A stretch of 41,873 nucleotides of DNA, taken from NCBI GenBank assembly GCA_032128375.1, contig JAQBGU010000154.1:1-41873 (forward strand). The letters are read 5' to 3'. Under the pieces are notes generated by a model. That model was not told the origin of the DNA. It saw only the letters and a list, made by a program, of their open reading frames with translations, and searched no databases. A program made the translations under genes and the position numbers. This DNA comes from Deltaproteobacteria bacterium (GTDB taxonomy: Bacteria > Myxococcota_A > UBA9160 > SMWR01). How positions within the stretch are numbered: position 1 is the stretch's first letter; every line of letters begins with the position of its first letter. This document shows, piece by piece, positions 9,086 to 16,697 of the stretch.

Positions 9086-9634
9086 ATGCCCGCGTTCCCC
9101 CGTGACGAATTAGAAGAGATGATGCGCCGATGGGTTTCGGCAAACGATCGTGCCGGCGAAACGGGCGATTGGGACCCGATGGCAGACTTCTACACCGATG
9201 GCGCGATCTACAGCTGGAACAACGGGTCAAAGTACGAGTTCGTTGCGCGCGGCAAGAACGAAATCCGCGGCTGGGTGTTTGGCACCGAAATGGAGGGGCT
9301 GGGTCGCTGGACGTACCCTTACGTTCGCGAGCTGATCGACGAGCGGCAGGGCGAAATCGTGGGATTCTGGCAGCAGGTTGCACCCGAAAAGAACCCGGAT
9401 GGCAATTACTACGAGATCGCCGGTACAGGAGGGTCTTGGTTTCGCTATGCGGGCGACTTCAAGTGGAGTTGGCAGCGTGACTTTTTTGACCACGGCAACG
9501 CTGGCTTCGTATTCATGCAAATGGCGAAAAATGGGCAGCTGACGCCCGAGATGCAAGAGCGCATGAAGAAGGGTTCGCGCATGCCGGGCTGGGTGAAGCG
9601 AGACACGTTCGACTGGTACGAGACGCTCGAATAA
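9086..9634 (+). CDS. SnoaL/NTF2-like protein, resembling mycobacterial Rv0762c
   Basis: AAGGAG RBS; MADFYTDGAIYSWN, LIDERQGEIVGFW, GGSWFRYAG, WQRDFFD; the Rv0762c resemblance is from memory. Confidence 0.75.
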   Translation: MPAFPRDELEEMMRRWVSANDRAGETGDWDPMADFYTDGAIYSWNNGSKYEFVARGKNEIRGWVFGTEMEGLGRWTYPYVRELIDERQGEIVGFWQQVAPEKNPDGNYYEIAGTGGSWFRYAGDFKWSWQRDFFDHGNAGFVFMQMAKNGQLTPEMQERMKKGSRMPGWVKRDTFDWYETLE

Positions 9635-9717
9635 CCAAGCGACCGACCCAGAGGGCTCGGGCGACCACGTGGAAGCTTTCACCGCGCAGCGGCGAAGGCG
9701 GAGCGGCGAACGCGCAA

Positions 9718-10914
9718 CTAGAAGAACTTCACGATCACGCCCAGGGAAACATTGAATCTTTCGTAGTGGGTCCCCTGCTCGTCGTCATCTCCAAAATCTT
9801 CCTTTTCGGCTTTCTTCGTGTGCCACAGCCCTTCGAGCTCGAGAGACCAACGCGAGTCGATCTCCCAACCGACACCCGCGCGCACGCTGTGGCCAAAGTC
9901 CTCTCGCCCCTTGTGCGTATCGAATCTCTCCTTCGACAAATAGTCCTGGTAGCGAAACAAGTAGCCCGCCCAGGCCTCCCAGCGCTTGGCGAAGTCGTAG
10001 CGCAGGCGCAAGTCCACGGAGTGGTCCATGCGGGAGCGGTCGACCCTCTGTACGGTTCTCCTCTTCAAGTCGACGATGTCGCCGTCGCCGTTGAAGTCGA
10101 CGCCGAAATCGGGTTCGTTGCGCACGAGAACTTCCTTGCCATTACCCGTGGCCACGTAATCGAATTCGTAACCCAGGTCGAAGTTCCAACGCTTACCGAA
10201 CTCCGTCGATACGCCCAGAGCGGCATCTACCGCGTTCCTGTCCCGATTGTAGAATGGACCGTCGTAATCTCGCCTGGCGTAGCCGAACTCGACGAATCCC
10301 TCGATCCGCCTGGCGTCCAGGAACGATTGGGTCTTCTTCCGGCGCTTCCAGAGTCGTGTCTCGTACGTGACGCTCGCGGCGGCTTCGTCGTACTCACCTC
10401 GGTCGTAGACTCGATCCTTAGCGGTAACCTGGCCCGTCAAGTCGGTGACGTTCTTCAAATAGTTTTTCGGAAAAACGTCGAGTTCGTACGCGAGATCGAG
10501 ACTGACCGTCGTGTCAGACGCCGAATCGCGGTCAATCGACAGGCTGAATGTCGGGTGGCTCTTGCTCTCATTGAGCGCGAAGTAATCGTACGTGATGGAC
10601 GGAATGACGCGGAAACTGCCGTCTCCGAGCCCTCTCAGCTTGGAGACGAGCATCAGATCGGAAGACACCACAACGTCGTCTGCGGAGTCCATGTCGTCGA
10701 AGCGGCCGCTGACGCTATCTCCGGAGCGGTCGTCTTCGAGTCGATCCCGCGTTTTATCGGAGAGCCCGAAGATGTTGCTGTCGTAGGACACCACCTCCTC
10801 GAAGAAAAGGTCCCAGCCCAAGCGCAGATCGCTCTCGCCTGCCTGGGCGCCGCCAGCGCATAGGACAACGGCAAGCATGCCGCCAATGGACAGGCGGGGG
10901 CCTGGGCGATGCAT
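9718..10914 (-). CDS. Outer-membrane beta-barrel protein, surface-polysaccharide-associated type
   Basis: Signal peptide (AQA); YDSNIF near N-terminus; alternating aromatic beta strands; C-terminal beta-signal ending in Phe (VSLGVIVKFF). Confidence 0.75.
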   Translation of the reverse strand: MHRPGPRLSIGGMLAVVLCAGGAQAGESDLRLGWDLFFEEVVSYDSNIFGLSDKTRDRLEDDRSGDSVSGRFDDMDSADDVVVSSDLMLVSKLRGLGDGSFRVIPSITYDYFALNESKSHPTFSLSIDRDSASDTTVSLDLAYELDVFPKNYLKNVTDLTGQVTAKDRVYDRGEYDEAAASVTYETRLWKRRKKTQSFLDARRIEGFVEFGYARRDYDGPFYNRDRNAVDAALGVSTEFGKRWNFDLGYEFDYVATGNGKEVLVRNEPDFGVDFNGDGDIVDLKRRTVQRVDRSRMDHSVDLRLRYDFAKRWEAWAGYLFRYQDYLSKERFDTHKGREDFGHSVRAGVGWEIDSRWSLELEGLWHTKKAEKEDFGDDDEQGTHYERFNVSLGVIVKFF

Positions 10915-11106
10915 ATTCGAAGTCCCTATCTTGTGCACCAGCCATCGTCTCGGAACCGACCCGCTGGAACTGTAGGAATTCCGCACTTTCCAGCAGCATC
11001 TCCGAACGGCAGGGCTGGAGAGCGCGAAAATGATCGTCCACCTGCGACGGGCACGAAGCGCGCGCGAGCCAACGGGGGTTTCGAAACGCGGAGTACGTCC
11101 CGTCTG

Positions 11107-12237
11107 ATGTTTCACACACAGCTCATGATCGTGGCACTGATGCTCGCGACCGCGTGCGTTTCAGCACGGGCCTCGGAAACACCGGGCCAGAAGGTCGTGC
11201 GAACCGAGCTGGGCGACCAACATCTACTCTACGTCGCAGGCAAGGCCAGTATTCGCGTGTTCGATATCGACAGCGGCCACACCTTCGTGCGCAAAGTGAA
11301 GCTACCGGCAGACCGCAAGATTCGGGGTATTACTGCCAGTGCCGCCACCCAAAGGCTCTTCCTGAGCTACGACCAATCACTTGCCTGCATCGACCTGAAG
11401 ACGGACGAGATTCTGTGGATTCGGCAATACGCTTCAGGGGCCGATCGCATGGCGATTACCCCCGACGGACGCACGATCTACATGCCGTCGGGGTTCTGGA
11501 CCGACACCCCGTATTGGTACGTCATCGATGCGACTTCCGGCGACGTGATCACGCGGATCGATTTTCACGCGGCCGCTCATAATACGCTGGCGGGCCTCGA
11601 CGGACGGCGGGTCTACCTCGCATCCCGTCAGCACAACACAATCGCCGTGGTGGACACGGCAGACCATCACATCGTGCGAGAGGTCGGACCCTTCGGCGAT
11701 TCAGTCCGCCCCTTTACCATCGATCGCGCCGGACGGCGTGTGTTCGCTACGGTGAGCGACCTGCTGGGATTCGAGATTGGGGACCTCGAGACCGGAAAGC
11801 ACCTCGCACGGATTGCTGTCAGTGGCTTCAAGCAAGGCCCCGTCAAGCGTCACCACTGCCCGAGCCATGGCATAGGCCTCACGCCCGACGAGAGTGAAGT
11901 ATGGGTCGTGGATGCTTCCAATCAACGACTGCACATCTTCGACAATGGCGTATTCCCACCCAGTCAATTGAGTTCCATCGAACTCAGCGGTCCGCCGTAC
12001 TGGATTACCTTCGGCATCGACGGTCGCTACGCATATCCATCCACTGGCGACGTCATCGACGTGTTGACGCGACTCATTGTGACAACGCTCAGAAAGAACA
12101 ACGGCAAGCGTCTACACAGCGAGCAGATGCTGGAGATCGACTTTCGCGATGGGGTCGCCGTGCGCGTCGGCGATCAGTTCGGGGTGGGCAGAGGTGCCAC
12201 ACCGGGCGGGAGCCTCAACCACCCGGGGCTACAGTAG
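11107..12237 (+). CDS. Secreted YVTN/YncE-type beta-propeller protein
   Basis: Signal peptide (ARA); blades MAITPDGRTIY, DGRRVYLAS, HGIGLTPDESEVWVVD, ITFGIDGRYAY. Confidence 0.85.
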   Translation: MFHTQLMIVALMLATACVSARASETPGQKVVRTELGDQHLLYVAGKASIRVFDIDSGHTFVRKVKLPADRKIRGITASAATQRLFLSYDQSLACIDLKTDEILWIRQYASGADRMAITPDGRTIYMPSGFWTDTPYWYVIDATSGDVITRIDFHAAAHNTLAGLDGRRVYLASRQHNTIAVVDTADHHIVREVGPFGDSVRPFTIDRAGRRVFATVSDLLGFEIGDLETGKHLARIAVSGFKQGPVKRHHCPSHGIGLTPDESEVWVVDASNQRLHIFDNGVFPPSQLSSIELSGPPYWITFGIDGRYAYPSTGDVIDVLTRLIVTTLRKNNGKRLHSEQMLEIDFRDGVAVRVGDQFGVGRGATPGGSLNHPGLQ

Positions 12238-13488
12238 CTACTCCTCCTCCTCCTCCTCCTCCTCCTCTTCGTCTTCGTCGGAGGAGACGTGACGAACTCG
12301 CACCAGTGGCGCCCCCCCCACGGACGCGATGGTGCGCAGACCCAGTTCGTGGCTGCCCTCCGGAATCTTGAATTTCGTTCCCGTCCGCTGACCCACCGGC
12401 TGCCCATCCTGATTCCATTTACTGGACGGTTCCGACGTATGACTGAGCCACTCCAGGCGTTCTCCATTGAGTGTCACCTCGATCACATACGGGATGGCTT
12501 TTGGCTCGTCGTCGACAGCGGTGACCCTCGTATCCAAACGGACCATGTCGGGCCCAATCACCTGTGCTCGTGCGACCTGATCCCCCTGCAAACGCCACCA
12601 CTCCTGCTCCCCCTCAATGCTCGTGAGTATTACGCTGTCTGCACCCTTGATCGGGGTGTTCTCCCAGGCATTCTGGGGTTCGACAATCCAAGCGAGGTTC
12701 GCGAGGTAAGCCAAGAGTAATAGTATTGCGACGCCGCCAGCGGATGCGGCCCAGCGTTGCAGGATGCGGTTCAGTTTGGTTTCCCGCTTGATGCGAGGCA
12801 GCACGATTTTCCGGACATTATCCAAGTCGTAGGAGGAATCGACCTCTCCCCATGGAAGTCCAGCCACGTCCACCGCTTTCATCGGATGCGTATGCGCGAT
12901 TTCCTGCACAGCGGCGCCAATCCAACTCTTTTCGTACCCCTGCGCGACGAGTCCCTTGGCCGCGTCGAAGAGGGCGTCAGCGGTCTCCTTGGTAAACTTG
13001 AGCACGCCGACGTTCTCACCGTCCGAATCCTCCGCAGCAAGCTCCTTGCTCATGCGCACCAGCCGACCGTCGACTACCTCGACTTTCATGTGCTCGCGCG
13101 ACTTACCCGATCCGGAGTCGTACGCGAACGCGTTGTCGTCCTCTCGTAGCAAACGCTCCAGAATTTCCGGATGGATGATCGTGTCGCTGTTGATTACCAG
13201 CAGCGGACCCGACACCCAGTCGCGTGCCAGCGAGAATGAATAGAGGCTGTTCGTAGTGGCCCAGCGCGGATTGGTCACATACTCCGCGCGAATTCCGACC
13301 ACTTCGCGGATCTCATCGGCGCAATAGCCGATGACCATCCCAACAGGCGAAACACCGGCCTCCGAAAGCGTTTCCAGCTGATGTTCGATCAGCCGCCGCT
13401 CATCCATTTGCAGCAAACACTTGGGCGTGTCCCTGCCCAGCTCGCCCAGACGGCGTCCCCTTCCCGCGGCCAGAATCAACGCTTGCAT
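12238..13488 (-). CDS. LicC-like nucleotidyl(cytidylyl)transferase fused to a TM helix, extracytoplasmic domain and poly-Glu tail
   Basis: MQALILAAGRGRRLG...PKCLL, NPRWATTNSLYS, INSD, EHMKV, GENVGVLKF, WGEVDSSYDL; TM GGVAILLLLAYLANLAWI; C-terminal DED-E10. Confidence 0.85.
   Translation of the reverse strand: MQALILAAGRGRRLGELGRDTPKCLLQMDERRLIEHQLETLSEAGVSPVGMVIGYCADEIREVVGIRAEYVTNPRWATTNSLYSFSLARDWVSGPLLVINSDTIIHPEILERLLREDDNAFAYDSGSGKSREHMKVEVVDGRLVRMSKELAAEDSDGENVGVLKFTKETADALFDAAKGLVAQGYEKSWIGAAVQEIAHTHPMKAVDVAGLPWGEVDSSYDLDNVRKIVLPRIKRETKLNRILQRWAASAGGVAILLLLAYLANLAWIVEPQNAWENTPIKGADSVILTSIEGEQEWWRLQGDQVARAQVIGPDMVRLDTRVTAVDDEPKAIPYVIEVTLNGERLEWLSHTSEPSSKWNQDGQPVGQRTGTKFKIPEGSHELGLRTIASVGGAPLVRVRHVSSDEDEEEEEEEEEE
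12241..12267. repeat. (CTC)9 trinucleotide microsatellite encoding poly-Glu
   Basis: 27-nt perfect CTC repeat directly adjacent to the stop codon of the minus-strand gene. Confidence 0.95.
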
Positions 13489-13552
13489 GTAAGCCACGAC
13501 CACGGTCTTTCGGAGGGTTCGTCCGGCACGGCTGCCTTGGAGGCATCCTGAC

Positions 13553-16009
13553 TCATAAGGCGATCCTCTTGTTTTGGGATACCTGCGTGCCGCGTCGCCT
13601 ACGGCGGTCAGCAAGGCCTGCCAGCGACGCGAGCCCGGTGGCGACTGCAAGCCTGTTGCTGGGCTCCGGCACGCTGAGATAAAGGACCTCGAGGGGGTCT
13701 ACGAGACTCTCCCCGTTTGCGTCCACGAGATAGACATCCGAGACCTTCTCGACACCGAGCACGCTGTCGAGCGGATCGAGGTCGATCAGAATCACGTTCA
13801 GGAGCGTCGGGTCGTTGGGCGGTACGCGCAGGCTGTCGATGTCCGTACCCTCGCGCCCGCCCATCATCGATAGGAACACGAACTCGCCAGGAACGACCGG
13901 TGAGCCGGGGAAGACTGAGTCCACCTTGACGATGATCCCGAAGTCATCCTTGCTTCCGGACTCGAGCAGGGCGCCCTCGAGGTTGGTGTCGAGGATCGCG
14001 ATTTCGAAGTCGCGGCTCGTCGTGACTTTCGAGAAGCCGGTGCCCTCGACCATGCCGCCACCTGAGGTGAAGTAATTGACCTCGCCACTGGGAGAGTAGG
14101 AAGGCTTCCCGCTCGTTCGGGTGGCGCCCTCGACGGAGTTATTCGTAAACCGTCGTGCCTTCAGGCGATTGCCTACTGCGTTGAAGCTTGCCGAATAGGC
14201 GATGCTTCCCGACATCACCTGGGCCGACGTCGCGACCGTCTGGACGAGGCTCTCCCGGCCGGTAGGGCCGGCCTCTTCGATGTAGGCAGCCTCCAGCGTG
14301 GGCAGACTGGAGATCAGCGGATCGACCACGGCGGCGCTCGACAGATCCGTGCTGGGATTCATCAGGATGCTGAGCTTGCCGTCTGAATCGGCAACATTGC
14401 GACCCGCTCTGGACGCGATGTACCGGCCCAGCTCGCTCGCCGCGAACTCGTTGGCGACGAGCGGATCGTCGCTCAGCCCCACGACGGCGATCAACGAGGT
14501 GGCCTGGAAGGGAGCACCTTGAGCGTCCTGTCCCGTGGTGGGGTTCACGGCACGCACGGTGGTGATCCCGAATCCGAACGCGTTGTCGAGCGGCGGATCG
14601 CCCACCTCGGTCCGGGTGGCAGTTACGAAAGTGGCCACGATTGCCGTTTCGCCCGGCAAAGCCGTCGGGGAGACCGACACCTTGAATTCCGGGTAGACGA
14701 GCACCTGTCCTTTGTACCTGGATGCGGATGCCGCTCCCGCGACGCTGATGTTAGGCGCGTCGAGCATCTCGAACGAAGTGGTGCTGAACGACATCCCGAA
14801 GTTCCCACCAATGTTGGCCGACTGGGGGCTGGGTCGGGCCGTTGTGCCGGTGAGCACTTCGAAAACGTCGAGGCTTTCTACCCGCACGGAAAGGCTGGCC
14901 GGAGAGGTCGTGGTGATCGCCGTGCCGGGCGTGGGGATGAAAGGGCCGTTGATGTCGACCCCTTGATAGCGAGCGGAGTCATTCGCGGGATCTTCGTTGA
15001 AGGCGATCGCGTCCTCGGAAGTCTTCTGGACATCGAGGAACTCGCGCGAATAGCCCTCGCCCCACTCCGCGACCTGGGGGGTGAACGGGGTATATAGCCC
15101 CCCAAGCTGCAGCTCGGACTCTAGATCGATGAAGTTCCCGGTTGGCGCCCTGTAGGGTTGGAGATCTGGATCGAAAAGCGGATGGTCATTGGCCGCGAAT
15201 GCGTCGAGCAGGGGGGCAATCGGAAGCCGGGCATTGGCCAGATCTGCATTGCTGCTGCAGCGTAGCGCCAGTACTTGCGGGTCCTCGATTGAGCAGAGCT
15301 CGACGTAGCTGGGGTGGTCGCGATTCATCAGGAGCATCGCGCCGGAGCCGTTCTCGAACAGCCCGCTATAGGGATGCGTCGCCAGGTCGAGGTAAGAGAT
15401 CGCTAGCGGGGTGGGGAAGTTCGTCGTGCCTCCGAACTGGTTGCCGTTGATTCCGATGAAGGTAAAGCCCACGACCGGGCTCTCGAGATTCACCAGGGGA
15501 ATCCGGGTCGAAGGCGTCCCGGCCAGGTCGATCGGCGGATCCCCCGCGATCGCTGGCTCCAAATAGTCGAGCCAGCCGAGCACCACGAGCCCCGTGCTCG
15601 GTCGGGCGACAGCGCCCTGCGTAATGCCATTGCTCGGGTCGAGGTCGAAGGTCGGCAGGTCGATGCGCCAGTTCACGTGCCCGCGGCGGAGGCTCTCGAA
15701 ATCGCCTTCGACGTCATACAGGGTGAGGTTCAGGTTATCCGCTGAGAGGCCGACCTCGAGCGCCGCCGCGGTCGGAAGGTAGATCTCGATGAACTCCTGA
15801 TGGACGTTCGGATCGATGCCGATCGGTCCATCGTTGCCATCCGGATTCACGAAGGCTTCGGTGATAATCGGGTGTGTAGGCAGCTGAGCGACCGCCGCTG
15901 CCGGCAGCAGGAGTCCCAGCGCAAGCGCTAGTAGAAACTGCGCGGATTCCCAGACCCACTCCCGGAACTTCAATAGGTAGACCCGACTCGGGTCCCGCTC
16001 GACTTGCAT
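13553..16009 (-). CDS. Large PEP-CTERM surface protein with lamin-tail-like N-terminal domain
   Basis: GGGAG RBS; signal peptide (AAVA); IITEAFVNPDG...QEFIEIY; C-terminal VPEPS + hydrophobic stretch + RRRRR. Confidence 0.85.
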   Translation of the reverse strand: MQVERDPSRVYLLKFREWVWESAQFLLALALGLLLPAAAVAQLPTHPIITEAFVNPDGNDGPIGIDPNVHQEFIEIYLPTAAALEVGLSADNLNLTLYDVEGDFESLRRGHVNWRIDLPTFDLDPSNGITQGAVARPSTGLVVLGWLDYLEPAIAGDPPIDLAGTPSTRIPLVNLESPVVGFTFIGINGNQFGGTTNFPTPLAISYLDLATHPYSGLFENGSGAMLLMNRDHPSYVELCSIEDPQVLALRCSSNADLANARLPIAPLLDAFAANDHPLFDPDLQPYRAPTGNFIDLESELQLGGLYTPFTPQVAEWGEGYSREFLDVQKTSEDAIAFNEDPANDSARYQGVDINGPFIPTPGTAITTTSPASLSVRVESLDVFEVLTGTTARPSPQSANIGGNFGMSFSTTSFEMLDAPNISVAGAASASRYKGQVLVYPEFKVSVSPTALPGETAIVATFVTATRTEVGDPPLDNAFGFGITTVRAVNPTTGQDAQGAPFQATSLIAVVGLSDDPLVANEFAASELGRYIASRAGRNVADSDGKLSILMNPSTDLSSAAVVDPLISSLPTLEAAYIEEAGPTGRESLVQTVATSAQVMSGSIAYSASFNAVGNRLKARRFTNNSVEGATRTSGKPSYSPSGEVNYFTSGGGMVEGTGFSKVTTSRDFEIAILDTNLEGALLESGSKDDFGIIVKVDSVFPGSPVVPGEFVFLSMMGGREGTDIDSLRVPPNDPTLLNVILIDLDPLDSVLGVEKVSDVYLVDANGESLVDPLEVLYLSVPEPSNRLAVATGLASLAGLADRRRRRGTQVSQNKRIAL

Positions 16010-16107
16010 GTTCGCTCCCAACCGCGGCGTGACTCCGGCATCGACGGACCAAGACTAACCAGCAGGAACTACCCCCGTGGCGGGAAGACCCTCTCGGCGT
16101 GCTCTAA

Positions 16108-16137
16108 TTGGCAAAAGCCTGAGAGCTCTTTTGCCAA
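16108..16137. promoter_or_regulatory. Perfect 10-bp inverted repeat in the predicted PEP-CTERM 5' leader
   Basis: TTGGCAAAAG-N10-CTTTTGCCAA. Confidence 0.6.
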
Positions 16138-16165
16138 CTCACCAACTCTGCAAAATTCCGGAATG

Positions 16166-16195
16166 ATTATGGTAAAAATACCACGGTGGTGTCAA
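16166..16195 (-). promoter_or_regulatory. Sigma70-type promoter for the PEP-CTERM/cytidylyltransferase unit
   Basis: Minus strand TTGACA-N18-CATAAT with an A-rich upstream tract, ~155 bp before ATG 16009. Confidence 0.7.
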
Positions 16196-16697
16196 GCCCC
16201 ATTTATGGGATTATGACCGCTCTTTTTATTCCCTGTCATGAATCAACTCATGCGTGGGCTTGCGCTACCCCGCTTGGGGTCGGAAGCAGGCCAGGTTGTT
16301 GTAGGAGGTTTCACGGCTGTGGTGGATGGCCGATATCCCCACTACACGCGCAGTCGAAGTTCTTGCCACTCGGATCGAGGTTTTTTGTCAATTCAAAACC
16401 ACGCCGTTGTCGCCTTTCGCTGCACGTCTCATGCTTACCGGCTGCCAGTCCGAAAAAGAAAGCGAACACCATCAGAGCGAATATTGGTAAAATTCGGAAG
16501 TTGTGCTCTTGTATTTTATTGTTCGCACGGGTTGGCAACACATTGTTGAAGTTCGGGAAGTTGGTCGCTGAGCTGGGGCATTTTCCCGATCGCCGTGAAC
16601 TCGCGCAGCCTCTCACCCGAGCGGTTGTCCAGACGACGGGCGGGACCCTCTCCACGCCGCCGCAGCCGCGCCTTCATATCCGCGCAGGGAGTTCGTG

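Noticed and set aside
16262..16275. ops/JUMPstart-like element (minus strand GCGGGGTAGCGC)
   Set aside because: Deviates from GGCGGTAG and lies upstream of the predicted promoter
16532..16547. Sigma54 -24/-12 promoter (TTGGCAACACATTGTT)
   Set aside because: GG-N10-GC spacing and the conserved GC are not met
16311..16655. 114-aa minus-strand ORF with a hydrophobic stretch in the divergent region
   Set aside because: No convincing RBS or family motif; AT-rich DNA yields such stretches by chance. A small membrane protein cannot be fully excluded
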